In this document: piece by piece, positions 9,632 through 18,975 of the stretch
How positions within the stretch are numbered: position 1 is the first letter of the stretch
How the letters are laid out: each line of letters starts with the position of its first letter
DNA from: Dehalococcoidia bacterium
Lineage (GTDB): Bacteria; Chloroflexota; Dehalococcoidia; Lucifugimonadales; JAGWBF01
Direction: 5' to 3'
NCBI GenBank assembly: GCA_965247295.1
Contig: CBDFGQ010000006.1
Location: forward strand, 483,527-547,526
DNA length: 64,000 nt
Translations under genes and position numbers: made by a program
Notes under the pieces: model-generated
Told to the model about the DNA's origin: nothing
Databases searched by the model: none
What the model saw: the letters and a program-made list of their open reading frames with translations, nothing else

Positions 9632-12106
9632 TTACTTCTCTCCCCCGGCTACTCCTACCGGTTGCCTCTTGGGCTCTGGCGTAAACAGGTCCATCCTCCT
9701 GCCAAAGGGAGTGAGGGCGAGGATTTGGAGCAAGTTACGGCTCACCATAATGGCGGTAAACATGCTAACAATCACCCCTATCAGCAGGGTAACGGCGAAT
9801 CCGGTCACTACGGGAGTCCCCCCTCCCAGCCTGGACCCGAACAGGAAGAGGATGAGGCCCGTGATGATGGTGGAGACGTTGCTGTCCCGGATGGCCACCC
9901 AAGCCCGGCGGAACCCCACTTCCATGGAGGAGGTCAGGCTGCGACCGGTCCTCAGCTCCTCCTTCATCCGCTCGAATATAAGGATATTGGCGTCCACGGC
10001 AAACCCGATGGACAGGACAATTCCGGCGATGCCCGAGAGGGTAAGGGTGATTGGTATCATCTTAAATATGGCCAGGACTATGACGCCGTATATAAGCAGC
10101 GAGGCCCCCGCCACGAGCCCGGCCGCGCGATAGTAAGCCACCATGAACACCAGCACCAGCCCCAGGCCCACGAGTCCCGCGATCAGGCTCTTGCGCAGAG
10201 AGTCGGCGCCAAGAAGGGCGTCCACCGTCCCCTCCCGGATGAGGGACAGGGGCACGGGCAGGCGCCCAGACTCCAGCTGTATGGCCAGTGTGCGGGCCTC
10301 CTCCCTGGTAAAGCGGCCCGTGATCCTGGTGCGGCCGTCGGGGCTGTGGCCGCTCACCACCGGCGCGGTGATCTGTCGGTCATCGAGGAAGATGGCGATC
10401 CTCTTTAGCTGGTCGCCCACCAGGCGCCTGGTGACGTCGCTCCAGATTGCGGCGCCCCGGCCGCGGAAGTGAAGGACGACCTCATGCTCGTTGGTGGTGG
10501 GGTCACTGCCCGGGAATGCCCTGGCCAGGTCCCGCCCCGTGAGCCCCAGGTCCTTGTCCACATACCGTCCATCTCCACCCAACTCGATCGGCCTACACGC
10601 GCCGGGATTGATTTGCACCTCCGCCAGGGTCACAAGACATTCCCGTTCCTTGAACACCAGCTCCGCAGTCTGTCCTATCAGTTGCTTGGCTTCCTCGATA
10701 CCCCCCGTGGCCTGGAAGACGACGATCTCCCCTATCTCGGCCTCCAGAGCGTCCTGAATCTCGTCCCGGACTTCCGTAGTCACGGCGTCGTCGGCGCGGA
10801 TGATAAAGCTGCCTCCGCCCCTATCCTGTACTGTGAAATCGGAGTGGCCGAGCTCCGTGATCAACTCGGCCAGCCTCGATTCGCTTGGCGGGGGTGGGAA
10901 AATAACCGTAATGGCCTGGGGGTCCCCTTCGCTGGCTTCGAACTCGGTGCCCGGCGCCAGGCGTTCCACCAGGTCCCCAAGCGCGGCCACGTCTTCCTGC
11001 GCCACGGCCGCGTTCGTCCGTATGATGTAGCTGGTCCCGCCAGCCGGCGAAGGGGCGGAGCCCGTGTATCCCATCCCCTCCAAGGCGTTCACTATCTCGA
11101 ATAGCATGCTGGGTATGCTCTGGAACGCGACGTCAATGGCGGAGCCCCCGATGCCCGGCAGCTGGACGATTATACGGTCCTCACCCAGGGTCTGAATTAT
11201 GGGCTCGGTGGTACCCAGCGCGTTGATCCGCCGTTGAATGATGTCCACCACACCCTTCATATCGTCGGGTTTGGGCTCGTTTATGGTAGGCAAATAGCCT
11301 CCGACCCCGATGGGAGCCAGGCGGCCTGCCATCACCGTACGGAGTTCCGCCGCCGCCAAGTCATCCAATGTCAGCTCCCCGATGGTGTAGCTCGTCTGGG
11401 AAGGACTCTCTATGGTGGCCTCATCGTGGCCGGCGTCCCCCAGAACGACGCGCAGCTCTTCCTCATCCAGAGCATCCCGGAACGTTACATCAAGTGTTCC
11501 ATCGTCGATGTCCAGGGACTGGAGGGGAGACAGGTCCTCTAAAGCCGTGCGAAGTCGGTCCTGCGACGCCTCCTCCAGGAGCAGCGGGGCGATGGTCAAA
11601 GCCCTATCGTCTCCACTCACTACGGTAGCATCGGGGTATCCCGCCCTCTCCAGCGCCCTGTGCAGTTCGTCCAGGCCGGGGGCACGTAGAAAGGTAACGG
11701 TCACTGCCCTGTCTCCGGTCCCGAAGGTGTTTACGGGGGCCACACTGTCGAGGTCTTGGCGCAGTCGCGCTAGCTCCGCATCGAGGAAAGAGATGCCGGC
11801 GACGGAGAACCGCCTCTTGGCGATGGTGGCGCTCCTCTGGTCGCGTTCGTCCAACAGGGTGCGGAGGTCGGACTCCAGTACCTCATCCTCGAACGTTACC
11901 TGTACCTGGTCCGGGAGGTTCGCCTGATACATCAGGTGGCTGCCACCTTTAAGGTCCAGACCCAGGGTCAGGCCCAAGGGACCGGAGCCGGTCCTATCGA
12001 GGTCGATCAAGGGAATGTGTACATCGCGGAAGCTCAAGGCCGCCAGAGACAGCGCGACGATGACCGCGATCAGTATAAATACCCTGAAGCCTCTCCTGCG
12101 CAGCAC
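9632..12106 (-). CDS. secD: Protein translocase subunit SecD with strongly expanded periplasmic region
   Basis: Canonical SecD N-terminal TM, P1-base motifs and C-terminal TM bundle. At 824 aa it carries extra repeated modules. Confidence 0.85.
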   Translation of the reverse strand: MLRRRGFRVFILIAVIVALSLAALSFRDVHIPLIDLDRTGSGPLGLTLGLDLKGGSHLMYQANLPDQVQVTFEDEVLESDLRTLLDERDQRSATIAKRRFSVAGISFLDAELARLRQDLDSVAPVNTFGTGDRAVTVTFLRAPGLDELHRALERAGYPDATVVSGDDRALTIAPLLLEEASQDRLRTALEDLSPLQSLDIDDGTLDVTFRDALDEEELRVVLGDAGHDEATIESPSQTSYTIGELTLDDLAAAELRTVMAGRLAPIGVGGYLPTINEPKPDDMKGVVDIIQRRINALGTTEPIIQTLGEDRIIVQLPGIGGSAIDVAFQSIPSMLFEIVNALEGMGYTGSAPSPAGGTSYIIRTNAAVAQEDVAALGDLVERLAPGTEFEASEGDPQAITVIFPPPPSESRLAELITELGHSDFTVQDRGGGSFIIRADDAVTTEVRDEIQDALEAEIGEIVVFQATGGIEEAKQLIGQTAELVFKERECLVTLAEVQINPGACRPIELGGDGRYVDKDLGLTGRDLARAFPGSDPTTNEHEVVLHFRGRGAAIWSDVTRRLVGDQLKRIAIFLDDRQITAPVVSGHSPDGRTRITGRFTREEARTLAIQLESGRLPVPLSLIREGTVDALLGADSLRKSLIAGLVGLGLVLVFMVAYYRAAGLVAGASLLIYGVIVLAIFKMIPITLTLSGIAGIVLSIGFAVDANILIFERMKEELRTGRSLTSSMEVGFRRAWVAIRDSNVSTIITGLILFLFGSRLGGGTPVVTGFAVTLLIGVIVSMFTAIMVSRNLLQILALTPFGRRMDLFTPEPKRQPVGVAGGEK

Positions 12107-12112
12107 CCTCTC

Positions 12113-13648
12113 CTAAGCTCCCCCGCTCGTCGCGCTTGGGCTGGCAGTCTCCATGGCACGGAGTCGCCGCCGGGCCCAGTCCAGTGCGTCCTTAAGGGTA
12201 TCCACCTCGCCCGCAGCCTGTGCGTCCCGCACCCCCTCCAGCAGATCGCCTATAAGGGGGCCGGGGGACAGCTTCAACTCCCCCATCAGGTCATGACCGG
12301 TGATCAACCTGGGCATCCTCACCGGGCCCTGCTCCTGGGTTCCGACCTCGAGTACGTGGGCGACGATCGTGATGTGGCGGTACCATCCGCCCATATCCAG
12401 TTCGGGTCCCCTTGCGGCGAGGTGGTCGCCCAGGCTCAGGTAAAGGGTGTCAACCGCCACGTCCCCCACGTCCCTGAAGTACCGGTAGACCGCCCTGGGA
12501 GTGGGCAAGTCCGCCCCATGGCTCATCTGGAGGGGTCGAAGGTGGTTTTCCACCATCCCGTGAATCATTTCCACTCCCCGGTTGCTCAAACGCAGCCGGC
12601 CTAATATGTCTCCACACATGGAGGCGCCAAGGGTATGATGGCCCAGAAAGCGGGTCCGGCCCCCAGCATCCACCATCTTGGACTGAGGCTTGGCTATATC
12701 GTGGAGGAGACCGCCCAGCTTCAGAACGGTACGTCGAGTGTGCCCGTCGCATACCTCTTGGGAGAAGTGCTCCTCCGTGTCCTCGGTCCAGGGTACGATC
12801 AGGGAAACCAGGTCCCTGTTGGCCCGGGTGGTGATCCGCTCCACGGCCTCTACCGTGTGGATGGAGTGTCCGAAGACATCCCAGTAGTGTTCCTTGGGCT
12901 GTTCGACCCCTTTTGTAATGCCAAGCTCAGGAATTATACAGCAGAGGAGCCTCAGCCTGTCTAGCAGTTCCAGGTGATTATTGGCGCCATCTAGGGACAG
13001 CAGGCCCAGGAACTCGTCCCGCACACGCTCGGCTGCCGTTGAGGATATGAGGTGCGCCTGCTGGGAGATAAGCCCGGCGGTGGCGGATTCGATGCGAAAC
13101 CCCAAAGTGGCAGCCAGACGCACGGCCCGCAGCAGGCGGACGGGGTCATCCTGGAATATCGATGGTCCGATGGCCCGGATGGTGCGGCCTTCCAGGTCCC
13201 TCCTGCCTCCAAAAGGGTCCAGGAGCCGGCTCTCCCATCCGGGCGTAGCCCAGTCGTCTACGGCGAGGGCCATCGCGTCCACGCTAAAATCACGTCTGGG
13301 CAGGTCCTCCTGAATGCCGTCCCCTATTTCAGCCAGGTCTACCGTCCACTTTCCATCTTCGGCAGAGGGGACAACCACCCGGCAGACCCTCGGCGCCTGA
13401 GCCCCGGAAGGTGGCACCCCGTTGGCACGCCCTAGGGGGACCACCGACCCGCCGAACAGGTTGCCCAGCCCTTCCGCAAGCGAACGGGCGTTGCCCTGGA
13501 CGGCTATGTCTATGTCCCTGGTCGGTACGTTTCGCAGCGCGTCCCTGAGGTAACCGCCCACTAGGAAAGCCGGCACAGAACGCCCCAGGAAATACGACTT
13601 TAGCTCACTAAGAATGGTGAGAATCTCAGAGGGTAGACTTGTCTTCAC
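12113..13648 (-). CDS. cca: CCA-adding enzyme / poly(A) polymerase-family tRNA nucleotidyltransferase with HD domain
   Basis: GGYLRDAL...DIDIAV head-domain motif and a C-terminal HD-type segment (LLHDIAKP). Confidence 0.75.
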   Translation of the reverse strand: MKTSLPSEILTILSELKSYFLGRSVPAFLVGGYLRDALRNVPTRDIDIAVQGNARSLAEGLGNLFGGSVVPLGRANGVPPSGAQAPRVCRVVVPSAEDGKWTVDLAEIGDGIQEDLPRRDFSVDAMALAVDDWATPGWESRLLDPFGGRRDLEGRTIRAIGPSIFQDDPVRLLRAVRLAATLGFRIESATAGLISQQAHLISSTAAERVRDEFLGLLSLDGANNHLELLDRLRLLCCIIPELGITKGVEQPKEHYWDVFGHSIHTVEAVERITTRANRDLVSLIVPWTEDTEEHFSQEVCDGHTRRTVLKLGGLLHDIAKPQSKMVDAGGRTRFLGHHTLGASMCGDILGRLRLSNRGVEMIHGMVENHLRPLQMSHGADLPTPRAVYRYFRDVGDVAVDTLYLSLGDHLAARGPELDMGGWYRHITIVAHVLEVGTQEQGPVRMPRLITGHDLMGELKLSPGPLIGDLLEGVRDAQAAGEVDTLKDALDWARRRLRAMETASPSATSGGA

Positions 13649-13714
13649 AAGCGTGGTGCGGTGGCCGGGAGCTGCCGGCCGACCTGAAGCATCCGCCGGC
13701 CGCGCCTCCCATCT

Positions 13715-14245
13715 CTATCCGGTATACCCAGCCTCAACGGGTGTCTCTTCAGGTTGTTGCTCGCTCTCCTCTTCGGGCTCTTCTTTCCACAGTTTGTCCC
13801 TATCCACCAAGCGGTCGATGTAAAGGACACCATCGAGGTGGTCGATTTCATGCTCCAGGGCCTGGGCCAGCAGCTCTTCTCCCTTGACGCGCACCGGCTT
13901 GCCCCGGCGGTCCAGGCCCTTGGCCCGCACCTTGACCGAGCGCCGGACGAGGCCACGATACCCTGGTATACTCAAACACCCCTCCTCCACCTCTCGTTCA
14001 CCCTCACGGCGCACTATCTCAGGGTTGATGAATACCCTCGGTTCCTCATCCTCGGGTAGCTGAAGGACGATGACGCGCTGTAAAACACCCACCTGGTTTG
14101 CGGCGAGACCGACTCCATACGAATCGTGCATCGTCTCTATCATGTCGTCTATCAACCTTTGAAGGGAGGCGTTAACGGCACCAACCCGTTTGGCCCTCTG
14201 CCTGAGCATGGGATCGGGAACGAGGCGCATGGGGAGAACAGACAC
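13715..14245 (-). CDS. def: Peptide deformylase
   Basis: GLAANQVG, EGCLSIPG and HEIDHLDG motifs. Confidence 0.9.
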   Translation of the reverse strand: MSVLPMRLVPDPMLRQRAKRVGAVNASLQRLIDDMIETMHDSYGVGLAANQVGVLQRVIVLQLPEDEEPRVFINPEIVRREGEREVEEGCLSIPGYRGLVRRSVKVRAKGLDRRGKPVRVKGEELLAQALEHEIDHLDGVLYIDRLVDRDKLWKEEPEEESEQQPEETPVEAGYTG

Positions 14246-14372
14246 TCTCTTTATCCTCTCGGGCCGATTCGAGGCGCTATGTGCCTAACGACTTTACCCC
14301 TGGTGCTTTGATTATAGTCATAGGGCGCGCGACATGTAAAGGATTCGGGGCTGAGGCAACTGGGAGTTAGGC

Positions 14373-16817
14373 TTATAGGACCGAGACTGGGTCTACGTCC
14401 ACCACGCAGTCCTGAGGGACACTGACACCCTCTAGAAATGTGTGCAGGTCGCTGCCGCGGAGCAAGATGTGCCATCGGTATTTGCCCCGAACGCGCTGCG
14501 GAAAGGCGGGTGCCGGCCCCACGATCTCCACGTCGGCCAGGCCCCAGGTGTCGACCCTGTGGCGCAGCGTTCGAGCCATCTTTTCGGCATCCCTCTGACA
14601 GGCTGAGGCGTTCATGTGGGAATAGAGCAGACGAACGAGGCGATTGAAGGGCGGATTTCGCAGCAGGCGCCTATAGTGTATCTCTCTGCCGTGGAACATG
14701 GCGTAATCCTGGCGGGCGGCGGCCTCGATGGCGTAGCTGGTTGGCACGTAGGTTTGAATGATCACCTTGCCCGGGGTCGGTCCCCTTCCCGCCCGACCCG
14801 CCACCTGGGAGAGGAGCTGAAATGCGCGCTCGCCGGCACGAAAGTCGGGCAGGTTCAGCCCTATGTCGGCCAGGATCACGCCCACCAGGCTCACGTTCGG
14901 CATGTGGAGCCCCTTGGCGACCATCTGGGTGCCTATCAGCACCCGGGCGTCTCCTCGGAGGAAGCGCTCCATGATTCTCTCGTGGCCATTTGGTCCGCGG
15001 GCCGTGTCTCCATCCCATCTCAGGGAGGACACGCCGGGCATCAGTCGTGTTAGCTCCTCGACCACCCGCTGGGTCCCCATCCCCAGATATCTGATGCGGG
15101 GGCTCCGGCATTTGGGGCAAGCCTTGGGAGGCCGGGCCCGATGGTTGCAGAGGTGACAGCGCAGCTGCCTGTCCGATGAGTGGTAGGTCAGGGTTACAGT
15201 GCAACGCCGGCACTTCAATGCCCAACCACAGTCCCGGCACTGCACGACCGTGGCGGCACCTCTGCGATTGAGGAAGAGGATGGCCTGGTTGTCCCTGTCT
15301 ATACACTGATTGAGGGCCGTGGCGAGGGACCGGCTGAAGATGCTCCTGTTTCCCTCCCTCAGCTCTGTCCTCATGTCGCAGACCTCTACGCTTGCCAGGT
15401 TAGAGGGGTGTTCGGAAAGGGTCCTCATTGGCGCGATTCTCCTGGGCAGCTCCAGAAGGCGGAACTGGGCCCGTGTGGCCCGCTGGTAGGTCTCCACGTC
15501 GGGCGTAGCGCTGCCCATGACCACCACGGCCCCGGCGTCCTTGGCTAGACGTAGAGCCACCTCTCGGGCATGGTAGCGAGGGCTGGCATCTTGCTGCTTG
15601 TATGTCCACTCGTGCTCCTCGTCAATGACTATCAGGCCCAGGTCCGGCAGGGGGGCAAACAGGGCGCTGCGGGGTCCCACGACAACGTCGTACTCCCCGT
15701 CCCGTATCCTCCACCACTGGTCGAAGGCCTCTCCAGCGGTGAGGCCGCTGTGATGCACCGCCACCCTTCCGGGGAACCTGGCGTTTAGACGGTGTACCGT
15801 CTGGGGCGTCAGAGATATCTCGGGCACCAGATAGATGCCCTTATTACCCATCTGTACGCATCGTTCCAGGGCGCGAAGGTATACCTCTGTCTTGCCGCTA
15901 CCGGTAACCCCATGAAGGAGGAAGGGGACGCTGGATCCGCGGCCTTCATCGAGAGCGGCGGAGATTGCTGCCAGGCTCCGCTCCTGTTCCGGCGTGAGGA
16001 CCAAGGGGTCTTCCCGGGTTACCTCCACCTGGCTTTGCAGTGCTGGCCCCCTGTCGACCCTGACCCACTCCAGGGCCAGCAGCCCCTTCGCAACCAGTCC
16101 ATCCACGGCGCCTGGACCATACTCTTTGCGGGCGGTGGCGAGGGGCATCGGCTCACGCGCACGGGCCAGAGCACCGTACAGGGCAGCCTGCCTGGGGGCG
16201 CGTTCACCGGGGAGATCCGATGGTATGCCGTCCTGTCCGTTGGTCATCGTGGGACGAACGTAGCAGTCATACCTGTGGAATGCCCTGGGACGGCGTAGCT
16301 CCCAGCGGCGCTGCAGTATCCCCCGCCTCAGCAGGTATCGAAGATCCCTCGGCCCATCCCTTCCCAGGACCCTCTCTATGTCCCGCTCGCTGGCACCGCC
16401 TCGCTCCGAAAGGTAGTCTAGAGCTGCCTGGCCGGTGGGTGTTACGGGGGGCGAGGGCGAACCGTGCTGTGGGGAAACGCGGATGTAGGGCCGTATCCGG
16501 CTCTGAAAACCGGGAGGCAGCATCAGGGACGCGGCGTCGAACAGGGGTGACATGTAGTAACGGCTGATCCACCGGGACAGCTCCAGGCCCAGGGGTGCTA
16601 TGAGGGGTGAGGGCTCCACTGGCGCCAGCAGGTCCCTGGTGACTTCCACCCGGGGGTGCTCTGTGAGCTCGTAGACTATTCCCTGGACGGGCCTGGGCCC
16701 CAGGGGGACCAGTACCATCTGGCCCGGCTCAAGCTCGATGTGGGGAGGTATTCTGTAGGACAGGGTCCTGTCGTAGCCGACAGGCGCGTCAACGGCTACT
16801 TCCGCATAGCTTAGCAC
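14373..16817 (-). CDS. priA: Primosomal protein N' (replication restart helicase PriA)
   Basis: Walker A GVTGSGKTEVY, DEEH box, Cys-rich zinc-binding insertion (CRDCGW...CRRC...CHLC...CPKC). 814 aa. Confidence 0.9.
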   Translation of the reverse strand: MLSYAEVAVDAPVGYDRTLSYRIPPHIELEPGQMVLVPLGPRPVQGIVYELTEHPRVEVTRDLLAPVEPSPLIAPLGLELSRWISRYYMSPLFDAASLMLPPGFQSRIRPYIRVSPQHGSPSPPVTPTGQAALDYLSERGGASERDIERVLGRDGPRDLRYLLRRGILQRRWELRRPRAFHRYDCYVRPTMTNGQDGIPSDLPGERAPRQAALYGALARAREPMPLATARKEYGPGAVDGLVAKGLLALEWVRVDRGPALQSQVEVTREDPLVLTPEQERSLAAISAALDEGRGSSVPFLLHGVTGSGKTEVYLRALERCVQMGNKGIYLVPEISLTPQTVHRLNARFPGRVAVHHSGLTAGEAFDQWWRIRDGEYDVVVGPRSALFAPLPDLGLIVIDEEHEWTYKQQDASPRYHAREVALRLAKDAGAVVVMGSATPDVETYQRATRAQFRLLELPRRIAPMRTLSEHPSNLASVEVCDMRTELREGNRSIFSRSLATALNQCIDRDNQAILFLNRRGAATVVQCRDCGWALKCRRCTVTLTYHSSDRQLRCHLCNHRARPPKACPKCRSPRIRYLGMGTQRVVEELTRLMPGVSSLRWDGDTARGPNGHERIMERFLRGDARVLIGTQMVAKGLHMPNVSLVGVILADIGLNLPDFRAGERAFQLLSQVAGRAGRGPTPGKVIIQTYVPTSYAIEAAARQDYAMFHGREIHYRRLLRNPPFNRLVRLLYSHMNASACQRDAEKMARTLRHRVDTWGLADVEIVGPAPAFPQRVRGKYRWHILLRGSDLHTFLEGVSVPQDCVVDVDPVSVL

Positions 16818-16850
16818 TGGCCGATGGCGTACAGACTTGAGAAGAGTCCC

Positions 16851-17222
16851 TTACTGCCCTGTTTGCCGGGTCTCTTTCCGGGGAAGGCGCTTTTCCTTGA
16901 TACGGGCCGCCCTGCCCGAGAGGCTGCGAAGATAGTATAGCTTGGCCCGGCGAACCGCCCCTCGACGCACCACCTCTACCGCCTCCAAAAGGGGTGAATA
17001 AAGGGGGAAGGTCCGCTCGACACCTATGCTATAGGTGACTCGCCTGACGGTAAAGTTGGAGCCGGGCCCTCCTCGCCTCCTGCTTATCACTACCCCCTGG
17101 AAGTTCTGGACACGCTCACGCTCGCCTTCCCTCACCCGGAAGCTGACCCGGACGGTATCGCCAGGACCGAACTCCTCGACCTTGGGATTGGCGGTTACGG
17201 GCACTATAGACTTGGAGTCCAT
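16851..17222 (-). CDS. rplS: 50S ribosomal protein L19
   Basis: Typical L19 sequence. Lies downstream of trmD as in the conserved operon. Confidence 0.95.
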   Translation of the reverse strand: MDSKSIVPVTANPKVEEFGPGDTVRVSFRVREGERERVQNFQGVVISRRRGGPGSNFTVRRVTYSIGVERTFPLYSPLLEAVEVVRRGAVRRAKLYYLRSLSGRAARIKEKRLPRKETRQTGQ

Positions 17223-17316
17223 GGCTATCCCTTTCCTTGTTTATCCCTGTCGTTGTAACATTCTATACTTCTCTGGATGCCTAGGCAAGGGCTTTTGATC
17301 AGCTGCCTCGGCGTGA

Positions 17317-18066
17317 TCATGTAATGTGATAACCGTGGGACCTGAGGAACTCCAGGTCGGCCTCCGAAAGCTCGGCCGCGCTCAGCAGGTCGGGACGCCG
17401 TTCCAGGGTCCTTAGCAAGGCCTGCTGCCGGCGCCACCTGGATATCTCTCCATGGTTTCCGCCCAGGAGAACGGGAGGGACTTCGTGGTCGCGGTAAACC
17501 GGAGGCCGGGTGTAGATAGGGTGCTGCAGAAGACCGGTGGTTATGGAGTCCCCCTCGACGCTCTCGGGCGACCCCACCGCCCCTGGAAGCAGCCGCACGA
17601 CCGTATCCACCAGGACCATGGCCGCCAGTTCACCGCCGGTGAGCACGTAGTCCCCGATACTTATCTCATCGGTGGCCAGGTTCTGTCTAATGCGCTCGTC
17701 TACACCCTCGTAGTGCCCGCAAATCAGCACCATCCCCGGTTTGCTGGCCAGCTCCTGGGCTGCTGCCTGGCCCAACGCCCGGCCCTGGGGTGACAGGAGT
17801 ATAACTGGAATCTCCCCTCGATCCGCCTCCACGAAATTGGACAGGGCATCCTCCACGCCCTGGAAGACCGGCTCCGGCTTCATCACCATCCCGGGTCCCC
17901 CTCCGTACTGGTAGTCGTCAACGGTACGGTGGGCGTCGTGGGTATATTCCCGGATGTCCCTGATCTGTAGCTGGACCAGCTCTTTCTCGACGGCGCGCTT
18001 GATGACGCTCTCCTGAAAGGGCCCGTGGAACATGGCTGGGAAGAGGGTGAGGATATGGATGTCCAT
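17317..18066 (-). CDS. trmD: tRNA (guanine37-N1)-methyltransferase
   Basis: [13 protein letters not shown] start, YGGGPGMV motif, 249 aa. Confidence 0.95.
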   Translation of the reverse strand: MDIHILTLFPAMFHGPFQESVIKRAVEKELVQLQIRDIREYTHDAHRTVDDYQYGGGPGMVMKPEPVFQGVEDALSNFVEADRGEIPVILLSPQGRALGQAAAQELASKPGMVLICGHYEGVDERIRQNLATDEISIGDYVLTGGELAAMVLVDTVVRLLPGAVGSPESVEGDSITTGLLQHPIYTRPPVYRDHEVPPVLLGGNHGEISRWRRQQALLRTLERRPDLLSAAELSEADLEFLRSHGYHIT

Positions 18067-18124
18067 GGTGGTCCGGTTCGCTATGGCCCGCGGTCACGGC
18101 AAGGGCCGGCTGCTCCGTTGCTCC

Positions 18125-18667
18125 CTACGAGGTGTGATGGGTACTTCCTGCCGGGTCAGCATCCTCCGCCGCTTTGGAATGGCCGCCGTGCCCCTGGGCC
18201 TCCCCCTTCAGTAATTCCAGCGCATGGGGCAGGACCGGCTGTATTACCTCCAGGCACTCTCTGACCCCCCTTGGGCTGCCGGGTAAAGTCACGATCAGGG
18301 TGCGCCCCCTGATTCCGGCTACGGAACGGCTCAACATGGCCATGGGGGTCGTTCCCACGGTCCCTGACCTCATGGCCTCCGGCAAACCCGGCACCTCCCG
18401 CTCTATCACGGACAGGCAGGCTTCGGGGGTGATGTCTCCAGGCGCCACGCCCGTTCCGCCGGTGGTTACTATCAGGTCAACCCCGTCCTGGTCGGACCAG
18501 CGTGTCAGCCTGTCGGTAATCATCTCTCGGTCGTCGGATACCACATCGTAGCGGACACACTCGTACCCAGGAGGGGCCAGTACCTCCTGGATAGCCTTGC
18601 CGCTGGTGTCCTCTCGCTGGCCGTGAAAGCCCGATGTACTGACTGTTAGAACTGCGAGGCTAAACAT
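18125..18667 (-). CDS. MogA/MoaB-family molybdenum cofactor biosynthesis protein
   Basis: TSGFHGQREDTSG and TTGGTG motifs of the MoCF_biosynth fold. Confidence 0.75.
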   Translation of the reverse strand: MFSLAVLTVSTSGFHGQREDTSGKAIQEVLAPPGYECVRYDVVSDDREMITDRLTRWSDQDGVDLIVTTGGTGVAPGDITPEACLSVIEREVPGLPEAMRSGTVGTTPMAMLSRSVAGIRGRTLIVTLPGSPRGVRECLEVIQPVLPHALELLKGEAQGHGGHSKAAEDADPAGSTHHTS

Positions 18668-18769
18668 GGAAGGACCTTTGCATCTGCGATACTGGGGCTG
18701 GCGAACGCTTTGGCCACAGGCCGTAACGTTCTGGGGGTCTCTGGGACGGACCCGGATTTACATAAATAA

Positions 18770-18846
18770 TGGTCGGGGCGCCCGGATTTGAACCGGGGGC
18801 CCCCTGCACCCCATGCAGGTGCGCTACCGGGCTGCGCCACGCCCCG
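18770..18846 (-). tRNA. tRNA-Pro (anticodon GGG), CCA encoded
   Basis: Hand-folded 77-nt cloverleaf: acceptor CGGGGCG/CGCCCCG, D arm GCGC/GCGC, anticodon loop AU-GGG-GU, T arm CCCGG-TTCAAAT-CCGGG, then A-CCA. Confidence 0.9.
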
Positions 18847-18975
18847 ACTCTGAGTCTAAGATACCACAGGCATATCCCTACATCAAGCGTATCCAGCGGA
18901 GTCTCCGATCACCGATCGATGCTGAGGGCGGGCTTCTCGTTGACCTGACTGAATGGCGTTGATAGAATTGAGCCG

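Noticed and set aside
17317-18846. tRNA-Pro(GGG), a G37 tRNA and substrate class of TrmD, lies close to trmD.
   Set aside because: It is separated by the mog-like gene. The trmD-rplS operon is universally conserved independently of tRNA genes, so the proximity is most likely coincidence.
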